A stretch of 64,000 nt of DNA from assembly GCA_028693285.1 (NCBI GenBank), contig JAQUVQ010000004.1, positions 1,278 through 65,277 on the forward strand. The letters run 5' to 3'. The notes under the pieces are model-generated. The model was not told the DNA's origin. It was given only the letters and a program-made list of their open reading frames with translations, and did not search any database. The translations under genes were made by a program, and so were the position numbers. Shown piece by piece: positions 18,812-27,176 of the stretch. Position 1 is the stretch's first letter. Every line of letters begins with the position of its first letter. Source of the DNA: Smithellaceae bacterium. GTDB lineage: Bacteria; Desulfobacterota; Syntrophia; Syntrophales; Smithellaceae.

Positions 18812-19519
18812 CTAAATCCAGTTCAACGCAATCAAATAAACGCCGCCCAGAATCACCAGCACACCACAGATCTTTTTCAGAATGACCGCACCTTTGGAAT
18901 TCTCCGTCCAATGCAGGTAATGCTGCACGACTTCCGTAAACGTTCCCGCAAAAATCAGCACGGCACAGTGGCCGACGGCAAATGCCGCCAGAATCAACAT
19001 CGCCAGAGTCAATTGTGTTGACGCTATACTAAATACTACGCCCAGCATTGTCGCCATATAGGCGAACGTGCAAGGGCCCAGCGCAATGCCGAAGATCAAG
19101 CCCAGAATAAACGCCGCGAGAAATCCTTTCCTTTTATAATTCGGGTTTGCACCGCCTTCCATGAAAGGCAACGGCATAATCCCCAGCAGATTCAAACCAA
19201 CGGCGAAGAAAACCACGGCTACAAAATAGCTTCCGTAACCGCCGATATCCCCCATCATTCGGCCCACCAGCGCCGTGATCAGACCGATCATGCCAATCGT
19301 AATGAGAATGCCGAGGCCGAAAAACAAAGACAGGACAAAGGCCCGGCCCGTGCTGATATTCCCCTGACCGTCGATAAAGCCGACAATCAGAGGAATACAG
19401 GCAATATGGCAGGGAGAAAGAATTATGGACAGAATGCCCCAAATCAACGCCGCACCGATGGCGATGCCTGGCGACTGCGTGAGCGCCGCCGTCAAAAACG
19501 TAAAGAGGTCAACCAGCAT
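18812..19519 (-). CDS. ccdA: CcdA/DsbD-family transmembrane thiol-disulfide electron transporter
   Basis: Six-TM protein with a Cys in TM1 (ILSPCHIACIPL) and a second Cys (GPCTFAY). Abuts the upstream thioredoxin gene with no gap. Confidence 0.85.
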   Translation of the reverse strand: MLVDLFTFLTAALTQSPGIAIGAALIWGILSIILSPCHIACIPLIVGFIDGQGNISTGRAFVLSLFFGLGILITIGMIGLITALVGRMMGDIGGYGSYFVAVVFFAVGLNLLGIMPLPFMEGGANPNYKRKGFLAAFILGLIFGIALGPCTFAYMATMLGVVFSIASTQLTLAMLILAAFAVGHCAVLIFAGTFTEVVQHYLHWTENSKGAVILKKICGVLVILGGVYLIALNWI

Positions 19520-19960
19520 TTATTTGACCCCTCCCTTTTTCAAAACCTCCACAACGCCTTCCTTGGGGAAATACCCTTCATGCCTGTAGTATTCCTTTCC
19601 GTTGATATCCAGGAATACCTGAGTAGGAATAACGCGAATATTATATTTCTCGGCGTCCATCCTCCCTTGCTGCGTCCAGACATCGTGAAAAAGAACAACC
19701 ACCTGTCCCTTGTATGTCTCCGACACTTCTTTCATAATGGGCTGCATGGCCTTGCAGGGAATACATCTGGCGGCACCGATTTCTACAAACGTCACACGGG
19801 GTTTGAAAACAGAAGGGTTGGCCCCCGCTCGTTCTTTGGATGCGTCTGTTTTGGCTGCCTGTTTATCCTGAGCCCATACCCCCGCGCCCAGTGAAAGAAA
19901 GATCAGTGTAAAAACCGCCCATACCGCCAGTCCCCCCAAGATTTTTAAACGCAAAGTCAT
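19520..19960 (-). CDS. exported TlpA/ResA-like thioredoxin
   Basis: Signal anchor MTLRLKILGGLAVWAVFTLIFLSLGAGVWA, then a thioredoxin fold with active site ARCIPCK. Confidence 0.8.
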   Translation of the reverse strand: MTLRLKILGGLAVWAVFTLIFLSLGAGVWAQDKQAAKTDASKERAGANPSVFKPRVTFVEIGAARCIPCKAMQPIMKEVSETYKGQVVVLFHDVWTQQGRMDAEKYNIRVIPTQVFLDINGKEYYRHEGYFPKEGVVEVLKKGGVK

Positions 19961-20097
19961 AGATTTCCCCCTGATTTTATTTTAGTCTGATCCATCATAT
20001 CCTTTAAATATGAATCCTGAAATACAATAGGATGTCAGGAACACAGGGTTGCTTTGAAAAAAACACATCCACAGCAATTACTTAATCGGACGGCCGC

Positions 20098-20331
20098 CTA
20101 CCCCTTGATCCAGCTTTTGATCTGCTCCGCTGTCGGCATTTTACCCGCAATTTTCACCTGGCCGTCCACGACCAGGCCGGGCGTCGTCATTACGCCGTAG
20201 GTCATGATCTTTTTAATGTCCTTTACCTTCCACACCTCGGCTGAAACGCCGGTTGTTTTAACGGCCTCGTTCACCAGTTCTTCAAGTTTTATACATTTTG
20301 CACAGCCGGTTCCCAATATTTCAATCTTCAT
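20098..20331 (-). CDS. Trx_3 family small thioredoxin-like protein (redox-active disulfide protein 2-like)
   Basis: 77 aa, MKIEILGTGCAKCIKLEE...GVMTTPGLVVDGQV. The ATG overlaps the arsR stop (ATGA). Confidence 0.8.
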   Translation of the reverse strand: MKIEILGTGCAKCIKLEELVNEAVKTTGVSAEVWKVKDIKKIMTYGVMTTPGLVVDGQVKIAGKMPTAEQIKSWIKG

Positions 20332-20672
20332 TCCAACCTCCTATTTTTGCAGGATTTCATTATTTTTTTATGTTCTTCTGCGTTGGCGGCCAGCACATCT
20401 TCGACACAGCCGATGAAATCCAGAATGCAGGTGCAGCGAAGCGTGTAGTAAATGCAGTTTGCCCTCTTTTCATCCGTCACCAACCCTGCGTTTTTCAGCA
20501 CGCTTAAATGCTTGGACACCGTCGAAACATCCGCGCCGACCATCTCGGTCAGCTCGTTCACACAGCGTTCCTGCTTTTGCAGCTCTTCAATGATCAGCAG
20601 ACGACTCGGATGCGCCATCGCCTTGAGAATTTTTGCCCGGGCTTCATAACGGGGCTTGATGGAATCTTTCAT
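20328..20672 (-). CDS. arsR: ArsR/SmtB family transcriptional repressor
   Basis: HTH core AMAHPSRLLIIEELQKQERCVNELTEMVGADVSTVSKHLSVLKNAGLV. ATG 20672 (MKDSIK) has GGAGGG 8 nt upstream. The track ATG 20702 lies inside the predicted -10/operator. Confidence 0.85.
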   Translation of the reverse strand: MKDSIKPRYEARAKILKAMAHPSRLLIIEELQKQERCVNELTEMVGADVSTVSKHLSVLKNAGLVTDEKRANCIYYTLRCTCILDFIGCVEDVLAANAEEHKKIMKSCKNRRLE

Positions 20673-20692
20673 CAGACGTTCCCTCCATTCGT

Positions 20693-20728
20693 ATTTGGCC
20701 ATATAGCCAAATAGCCATAATGAGTCAA
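20693..20728 (-). promoter_or_regulatory. arsR promoter with overlapping palindromic operator
   Basis: Minus strand reads TTGACT (20723..20728), a 17-nt spacer, then TATATG (20700..20705). The 20-bp palindrome ATTTGGC-tatatg-GCCAAAT (20693..20712) is centred on the -10. Confidence 0.55.
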
Positions 20729-20801
20729 GGCTTAATTTTGAGTGGAGAGATTTTTAAATGGATAAAGGTCCGGCGCCGGCAACCGGGGCTCAATGCCCCG
20801 G

Positions 20802-21065
20802 TTACATCGGCGATGAGGTTTCATCGTAGGAAATATCAGTAAAATTCAGGAAGTTTTCCCTGGTTTCTTCCCATGCCCTGCTTTTCGCCTCGTTGTAGCT
20901 GGCGATCATTTCCGCATCGTGAGCTTCCAGAAACTGTTGAAGCCGGCCGGAAGACTCCAGGTCTTCATACATCAGGGGCGCCTTGTCCTTCAAGGCCTGC
21001 CGGATCATCTCCAGACGGTTCTTTTTTTCGTTTTCCGCTGCCGGATCTATGTTCATGGTTTGCAT
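20802..21065 (-). CDS. hypothetical acidic protein
   Basis: 87-aa ORF with no motif I recognise. An AAAGG SD favours the second ATG (21056). Called coding only on length and position. Confidence 0.45.
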   Translation of the reverse strand: MQTMNIDPAAENEKKNRLEMIRQALKDKAPLMYEDLESSGRLQQFLEAHDAEMIASYNEAKSRAWEETRENFLNFTDISYDETSSPM

Positions 21066-21156
21066 CCTTTATGGAAGTTCTATGCCCATTCTTCCTGCGG
21101 CAATTTCATTTTGCGGGCATGATGCATCACAATTATGCAACGCCTGAAACAGAATT

Positions 21157-22623
21157 TCAAACATCGCTTGTTGCAATGCTTTCCCGGACCCGATGATACT
21201 GCAATACCGCGGCCATCGCCCGCGCGGCGCGCTCAGGGTCCTGATAAATGGGAATCGCGCGGTCCAGCAGATAACGAACCATCCCCTCCTGAAGGCTGCG
21301 GTAGGTAAATCCGACAATCGGCTTGTCCGGATGCCGCTTGACCAGGCTGCGAAACGCCTCCGCGTGATCGATGAGCATCTTGTTCCGGGTCTTTGGAATC
21401 TCCTCTTCAGACACTCCCATTTCTCTCAGGATGCGATCCACAAAAATCCCGGGAGACAGGAAATACGCCAGCAGCATATCGGCGTTCGGGTCGCCAAGCA
21501 GAAGATCCGGAATGTCAAAAAAACTTTCGGCCGAGTTCAGGCTGTACGTCAGATCGAGCGGGTTTGCCGTACTGGCGGTTCGGGGAATCATCGGCTGAAG
21601 CTTTTCTACGGTTTGGGCCGAAAGCGGCGGCAGCCGAAGCCCCGCCCGCCCGCAGGCATCGGCCGCCGTGGCGCCGGGACCGCCGGAATGCGTCTGAATG
21701 ATCACGCGGTTGCCTTTCGGTTTCGGAAGCGTCCCCAGGGCCAGCGCGTAGTCGAACATCTCCGTGAGGCTCTGCGCCCGGATGATGCCGCACTGCCGAA
21801 ACACGCCGTCATAAATTTCGTTGGGCCCCGAAAGAGAGCCGGTGTGAGATCGGCCCGCGTGTTTGCCCGCCTCGGACCCGCCCACGTACAGGGCCACGAT
21901 GGGTTTGCGCCGTATGATATTTTTCGCCGCTCTGACAAAGGCCTCCCCGCGGGTGATGCCTTCAATATACAGCGTGATGACTTTCGTGTTCGGGCAGACG
22001 CCCAGGTATTCCAGACAATCGACAATGTCGATGCTGGCTTCGTTCCCCACGCTGAGCGCCGCACTGAATCCCATTCCGTTGCGGTGCAGATAATCAAACA
22101 TCTGGGTGATGAAGCTTCCGCTCTGGGATGCCAAACCCACAAAACCGGGAGGACCTTCCGCCGTAAGGGTTGTCGGATTGAGTTTGATGTAGGGATTGGC
22201 AATCCCCAGACAGTTCGGTCCGAGAAAACGGATGCCGTATTGCCGGGCGACGGCTTCCATCTCCTTTTGCAGCGCGGCGCCTTCCGGGCCCGCTTCGCGA
22301 AATCCTCCGGAAACGATAATGGCGTGCCGGATGCCTTTTTTGCCGCACTCTTCCAGTGTGCGGCAGACGATGGCGGTCGGCAAAACGATCACGGCCAGAT
22401 CCGGCACTTCCGGCAGATCCATGATGCTGCGGTATGCCGTAAGCCCGCGCACCTGTTTCTCTTTCTGATGAACGGGGTAGATTTTGCCTTCATACCCCAG
22501 TTCCTGAACTGAGGAAAGCATGATGGATCCCATGCGCAGAAAATTGTTGGACGCTCCAAAAAAAGCGATGCTCCTGGGATTGACGATGGAATACAAAGGA
22601 CTTTCTTTGATGGATTTGATCAT
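21157..22623 (-). CDS. CoA-binding / ADP-forming acyl-CoA synthetase alpha-type protein
   Basis: CoA-binding N-terminus IAFFGASNN, SCS-like domains, and the phosphohistidine-loop motif RSHTGSLSG. ATG 22623 has GGAAGGAAG upstream; the track start is TTG 22707. Confidence 0.8.
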   Translation of the reverse strand: MIKSIKESPLYSIVNPRSIAFFGASNNFLRMGSIMLSSVQELGYEGKIYPVHQKEKQVRGLTAYRSIMDLPEVPDLAVIVLPTAIVCRTLEECGKKGIRHAIIVSGGFREAGPEGAALQKEMEAVARQYGIRFLGPNCLGIANPYIKLNPTTLTAEGPPGFVGLASQSGSFITQMFDYLHRNGMGFSAALSVGNEASIDIVDCLEYLGVCPNTKVITLYIEGITRGEAFVRAAKNIIRRKPIVALYVGGSEAGKHAGRSHTGSLSGPNEIYDGVFRQCGIIRAQSLTEMFDYALALGTLPKPKGNRVIIQTHSGGPGATAADACGRAGLRLPPLSAQTVEKLQPMIPRTASTANPLDLTYSLNSAESFFDIPDLLLGDPNADMLLAYFLSPGIFVDRILREMGVSEEEIPKTRNKMLIDHAEAFRSLVKRHPDKPIVGFTYRSLQEGMVRYLLDRAIPIYQDPERAARAMAAVLQYHRVRESIATSDV

Positions 22624-22767
22624 TTCTTCCTTCCGGATCGCGGCTGTAAGGATTGCAGTATTTCCCTGAAAAAAAGATTCCTCCTCAAAATCAAGGCTTG
22701 CCTTCAAATATTGCCGCTGTCCTTACCAGATAATTCCCCGCAATTCAAGAACACATGAACCAGGAGA

Positions 22768-22805
22768 TAAAAAAGGGCCGCTTCGCGCAAGGACAAAGCG
22801 GCCCT
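22768..22805 (-). terminator. rho-independent terminator
   Basis: Minus strand reads GGGCCGCTT-loop-AAGCGGCCC followed by TTTTTTAT, 35 nt after the stop of the 22840..23745 gene. Confidence 0.55.
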
Positions 22806-22839
22806 TCATTGAAACCGATGATCTTCTGAAACCCGGAAA

Positions 22840-23745
22840 TCAGTCCAGAACAACCATGACGCGGCACTTCTGCAGGAAGGCCAGATTCTGTTTCGCGGAA
22901 CGGATCAATTTAGCGTCATCATTGCTGATGACGAATTCCGACATCCCGGCGCCCTGAGCGCGGACGGCCTTGACGGTCAGCGGACTGTTCGTTACCCTGG
23001 AGTTGCTTTGCGCGGCGGTCAGGTCGCGGGCGTAACCGCAGATGCCCTGCTGCATGGCGTAGTTTTTGTTCACGATCAGCGTTCCGTAAACTTCCGCGCC
23101 GTCTTCATCAAAAATCTTCGGCGACATGGCCGGGCGGGCCTGCAGGCCCCGGCCGTCGATCACCAGGCCGGTATAGGCTTCATCCTTCGGCGCGTACCTT
23201 TTGGAAAAAGGCAGCGGCTTGTGCTCCCGGTCTTCCTTTTTGTCATCGGCGATCGCCTTGGGCAGAACGGCCCTGACGACGCCTGAAAGCGGCATGCGCA
23301 CGGTCACTTCCACGGTTCCATCCGATAGATATTCCTTTTTTACAATCTGCGCGCCCTTCACCATGCCGGAAACAGCCGTCTGGATCACGTCGCTCTCCAC
23401 GGCAAAGTCCTTAACGGTCGTCTGGGAATCGATTTGAACCCCCTGAACGGTTTCCAGCAGGTTTCTGAAGGCATCGACCTGCGCCGCTCGCAGCGCCATG
23501 GGCCGCGCCTGAGGCCTTCCGTAAAAACGCTCCGGCGGCGCGCCGGTTCCCACGGATTCGATGTACCCGTCCTCATAGTTGATCAGCCCCTTGTCTCCCA
23601 CCTGATTGGTGACCTTGGATTCAATGATTTTTGTCCAGTCCGACATGCCGACCCCGCCCTCCTGGGCAAAGACAACAAAGGCGCAGAAAATCAGTGCGCC
23701 TGCCGCCAGTACGATTCCCGCTTTACGCAACGTATTCATGTTCAA
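22840..23745 (-). CDS. exported LPP20-like domain protein
   Basis: Signal peptide, then YIESVGTGAPP...ALRAAQVDAFRNLLETVQGVQIDSQTTVKDF, which resembles LPP20 lipoprotein-family repeats. The C-terminal half is unassigned. Confidence 0.55.
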   Translation of the reverse strand: MNMNTLRKAGIVLAAGALIFCAFVVFAQEGGVGMSDWTKIIESKVTNQVGDKGLINYEDGYIESVGTGAPPERFYGRPQARPMALRAAQVDAFRNLLETVQGVQIDSQTTVKDFAVESDVIQTAVSGMVKGAQIVKKEYLSDGTVEVTVRMPLSGVVRAVLPKAIADDKKEDREHKPLPFSKRYAPKDEAYTGLVIDGRGLQARPAMSPKIFDEDGAEVYGTLIVNKNYAMQQGICGYARDLTAAQSNSRVTNSPLTVKAVRAQGAGMSEFVISNDDAKLIRSAKQNLAFLQKCRVMVVLD

Positions 23746-23965
23746 CCTCCTCTTATTTTCAATCGGGACTGTTCATCTTTTGTAGATGTGATAGCTTTAT
23801 ACCATAATTTGAGCCAAAAAATGATTTTTTTCCTCCCGAAAGGACGCTCCGTCATCATCAGCCGCTTCCCCAATCGACCACGGCCGGCAAAAAAGAAGAA
23901 GGCCGCCTCGATTCAACGTCACAAATTGATTGAAAAATAAAAAACTTTCCATTACAAATCCGCTC

Positions 23966-24694
23966 ATGATTCTATTTTGCGGGAAATCGGGGAGATCATT
24001 GACCGGAATTGGTTGCCTGCTTGCGCTGGCAGCCCTTTGGTCGCTTGCCGCCTGCGCGTCGCGCACCGCCGTGACGGACCGGCTTGCGCCTTATGTTCAA
24101 ACCGCGGCGATGGAAAATGTCGGGCAGGTTCTTCTGGTCACGGATGAAAGCTTTCTTTTCCTGACTTCTCATAAGATTTACCCCCTGGAGAAGACGGACT
24201 CCTCCTGGCGGCAGGCCAAGAACCCCTTGGATGCCGTCATCGGCAGAAACGGCTTCGCGCCGCCCGGCGAAAAACGCGAGGGGGACGGACGCACGCCTTC
24301 GGGGCTCTTCCGAATGAAAACCGCTTTTGGTTATCCTCCGTCCGTTCCCACTCGAATGCCCTACCGTCAGTCTCAGGAGAATGATCTGTGGATCGATGAC
24401 CCGAACGATCCGGATTACAACCGCTGGGTCCATCAAAACCAGACGAAGGCGGCTTCCTACGAAAGAATGAAACGCGATGATGATCTATACAAATACGGGA
24501 TCGTGATTGAATACAACACGGACCCGGTCATCAAAGGATTCGGCAGCGCGATTTTTCTGCATGTCTGGGCGGGCACGGATTCCACTACGGCCGGATGCGT
24601 CGCCGCATCGGAAGACGACATTCTGAAAATGCTCGGCTGGTTGAATCCGGCGAAAAATCCCGTCATGCTGATCAACCCTCAATTACGGCAATAA
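23966..24694 (+). CDS. L,D-transpeptidase (YkuD) family lipoprotein
   Basis: Lipobox LAAC, and the catalytic motif IFLHVWAGTDSTTAGCVA (H...GC). Start is ambiguous between TTG 23930 and ATG 23966. Confidence 0.8.
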   Translation: MILFCGKSGRSLTGIGCLLALAALWSLAACASRTAVTDRLAPYVQTAAMENVGQVLLVTDESFLFLTSHKIYPLEKTDSSWRQAKNPLDAVIGRNGFAPPGEKREGDGRTPSGLFRMKTAFGYPPSVPTRMPYRQSQENDLWIDDPNDPDYNRWVHQNQTKAASYERMKRDDDLYKYGIVIEYNTDPVIKGFGSAIFLHVWAGTDSTTAGCVAASEDDILKMLGWLNPAKNPVMLINPQLRQ

Positions 24695-24707
24695 GGAGGT
24701 CTTCTTC

Positions 24708-25475
24708 ATGAAGTCAAAATTTTTCCTGATCGGCCTGCTCGCCGCGATCTGGTTTTCAGCGGCGGCGCCCCCCGCATCCTTGTGCGAAGACGCCATGCCC
24801 GACACGTTCGTCCACATTGAAGAAATCATCCCCGACGCCCTTCTGGATATCCGCTACTTTACCGAGCATAATTTTCTGGGCGTCAAAGTGGACGGCTACC
24901 TTGCGCCCGCGTGCATTCTGACCCGTCCGGCGGCAGAGGCGCTGGCCCGGGTCCAGAAAGACCTCGCGCCTTTTGGAATGACCATCAAAATCTATGACTG
25001 CTACCGGCCGCAAAGGGCCGTCGACCACTTTGTGCGCTGGGCGAAAGACGTCGGCGACACCAGGACCAAAAAAGAGTTTTATCCCACCGTGGACAAACAG
25101 AACCTTTTCCGCGACGGCTACATTGCGGAGCGCTCCGGCCACAGCCGGGGGAGTACGGTTGACCTGACCCTTGTGCCGCTGCCCGCCCCGATTCAGCCCG
25201 CGTATAAAGCCGGCGATCCCCTCAAGGAGTGTTGCCTTCCGGCAGGCGTCCGCTTCGCGGACAACTCTCTGGACATGGGCACGGGATTTGACTGCTTTGG
25301 AGAGATGTCCCATCCCGAAAACAAAGATATCGGCCCGCAGCAGAGGGCCAACCGCCTGCTTTTAAAAACGCTGATGGCCAGGCACGGCTTTCGAAACCTG
25401 CCGGAAGAGTGGTGGCATTTCACACTGGACAACGAGCCTTACCCGGACACGTATTTCAACTTTCCGGTAAAGTAA
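24708..25475 (+). CDS. ddpX: exported D-alanyl-D-alanine dipeptidase (VanX/DdpX, M15D)
   Basis: SGHSRGSTVDL zinc-ligand motif and EWWHFTL. N-terminal signal peptide. AGGAGG SD. Confidence 0.9.
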   Translation: MKSKFFLIGLLAAIWFSAAAPPASLCEDAMPDTFVHIEEIIPDALLDIRYFTEHNFLGVKVDGYLAPACILTRPAAEALARVQKDLAPFGMTIKIYDCYRPQRAVDHFVRWAKDVGDTRTKKEFYPTVDKQNLFRDGYIAERSGHSRGSTVDLTLVPLPAPIQPAYKAGDPLKECCLPAGVRFADNSLDMGTGFDCFGEMSHPENKDIGPQQRANRLLLKTLMARHGFRNLPEEWWHFTLDNEPYPDTYFNFPVK

Positions 25476-25478
25476 AAA

Positions 25479-26708
25479 ATGAAAAACTATTTGCCGCCGT
25501 TTTTGAAATCTTACGGGTTCTCGATTCTGCTGATCGCCTCGATCATTCTCGGCGCTATTTTCGGCATGATCTATCAGAAGGAAGCCGTCCGGCTTAAGCC
25601 GTTGGGCGACATCTTTCTGAACCTGCTGTTTACCGTCATTGTGCCGCTGGTCTTCTTTTCCATTTCGTCCACCGTCGCTTCGATGACCAATCTCAAGCGC
25701 CTGGGAAAAATTCTGTCCGTAATGATCCTCATATTTGTCATCACCGGCATCATGGCGTCGGCGGTCATGATCGCCGCCGTCATTTTTTATCCTCCTGCAT
25801 CCGGTGTAAACATCCCCCTGCCGGCAACAGCAGATCTTCAGCAGATCAAGGCAGGCGATCAAATGGTTCGGGCCTTTACCGTTCCGGATTTCCCGCATAT
25901 TTTATCCAAGAATCATATGCTGCCACTGATTATCTTCTCGATGCTGGTCGGACTGGCCGCGTCCGCCGCGGGAGAAAAGGGAAAAGACTTCTCGAGGTTC
26001 CTCGCTTCGGCCAACACGGTCATGATGAAGCTGATCTCTTTCATCATGTATTACGCGCCGATCGGCCTGTGCGCCTATTTCGCCTACCTGGTCGGCGTTT
26101 TCGGACCGGAGCTTCTGGGCTCCTACGCACGGGCGATGGCCGTTTACTATCCGACCGCCATTGGTTATTTTTTCCTTGCCTTTACTTTGTATGCTTTTAT
26201 CGCCGGCCGGGCCTACGGCGTAAAGAAATTCTGGACCCATATTATTCCGCCGGCCGTTACGGCGCTGGCCACCGGCAGTTCGATGGCAACCATTCCCGCC
26301 AATCTGCAGGCCGCGGACAAGATCGGCGTGCCGAAAGACATCAGCGAAGTCGTGATTCCCATCGGCGCGACGATGCATATGGAGGGATCGTGCCTGGCCG
26401 CTGTTTTGAAGATTGCCTTTCTCTTCGGCATTTTTCAGATGCCTTTTGCCGGCATTGAGACGATTCTGACCGCTCTGGGCATCGCGCTTTTGACCGGCGT
26501 GGTGGTGAGCGGCATTCCCGGCGGCGGCACGATCGGCGAGCTCTTGATTTTATCCCTGTACGGTTTTCCGCCGGAAGCGTTTCCGCTCATCACGATGATC
26601 GGCACGCTGGTGGACGCGCCCGCCACAATGGTCAATGCCACAGGCGACAACGTTTCCAGTATGATGGTGGCTCGAGTGCTGGGCGGAAAAGAGTGGATGA
26701 AGGGATAA
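25479..26708 (+). CDS. dicarboxylate/amino acid:cation symporter (DAACS) family
   Basis: SSMATIPAN, IGATMHMEGS and NATGDN motifs typical of the GltP/SstT-type family. Confidence 0.9.
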   Translation: MKNYLPPFLKSYGFSILLIASIILGAIFGMIYQKEAVRLKPLGDIFLNLLFTVIVPLVFFSISSTVASMTNLKRLGKILSVMILIFVITGIMASAVMIAAVIFYPPASGVNIPLPATADLQQIKAGDQMVRAFTVPDFPHILSKNHMLPLIIFSMLVGLAASAAGEKGKDFSRFLASANTVMMKLISFIMYYAPIGLCAYFAYLVGVFGPELLGSYARAMAVYYPTAIGYFFLAFTLYAFIAGRAYGVKKFWTHIIPPAVTALATGSSMATIPANLQAADKIGVPKDISEVVIPIGATMHMEGSCLAAVLKIAFLFGIFQMPFAGIETILTALGIALLTGVVVSGIPGGGTIGELLILSLYGFPPEAFPLITMIGTLVDAPATMVNATGDNVSSMMVARVLGGKEWMKG

Positions 26709-26756
26709 GCCTTGCAGTCCGTCAGACTGTAAGGGGTTGATCAAATCGCCGTCTTG

Positions 26757-27002
26757 TCATTTCTGCAAGCGCATATCGTTTTGAATGTCTTTCACTTCTT
26801 TTTTTATCTTTTGGTACGCCAGAAAACTGTGCAAAAACCAGCCGAAGGCAAAACCAAAGGCCAGGACAAAGAAAATAAGGAGGGCAAGAGACAGAGAAAT
26901 TTCCCAGAAAAAAATGCTGACCGTCACGGCCGACACATTCTGGATGACAAAAACGACGGCCAAACAGGCAACCACGATGAGCAGGACGATCTTGAAATTC
27001 AT
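26757..27002 (-). CDS. LapA-domain (DUF1049-like) small membrane protein
   Basis: 81 aa, two TM helices and a basic coiled tail. The family call is tentative. Confidence 0.55.
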   Translation of the reverse strand: MNFKIVLLIVVACLAVVFVIQNVSAVTVSIFFWEISLSLALLIFFVLAFGFAFGWFLHSFLAYQKIKKEVKDIQNDMRLQK

Positions 27003-27116
27003 TTCACAACCTCCTGATGGACGGACAACTCTTTATTTTGTGAACCACAATCCAACAACCGACAATGAATTACGGCATATTCACGATGAACGCAATTGAA
27101 ATTTATTTATCAAATG

Positions 27117-27151
27117 TAAAAAAAGCCCCGCGGCTTGGGGCCGCAGGGCTT
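27117..27151 (-). terminator. rho-independent terminator of porin gene
   Basis: Minus strand reads AGCCCTGCGGC-cccaa-GCCGCGGGGCT followed by TTTTTTT. Confidence 0.65.
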
Positions 27152-27176
27152 CTTTATCTTGTTGCCTTCGACTTTT

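Noticed and set aside
21193-22512. 439-aa plus-strand ORF. The same applies to 3179..4303(-), 7861..8886(+), 40412..41446(+), 48337..49668(+), 54134..55123(-), 35848..36648(-) and 57316..58200(-).
   Set aside because: All are long open frames antisense to genes with strong family motifs. They have no SD and low-complexity Arg/Gly/Pro-rich products. This is expected in GC-rich DNA.
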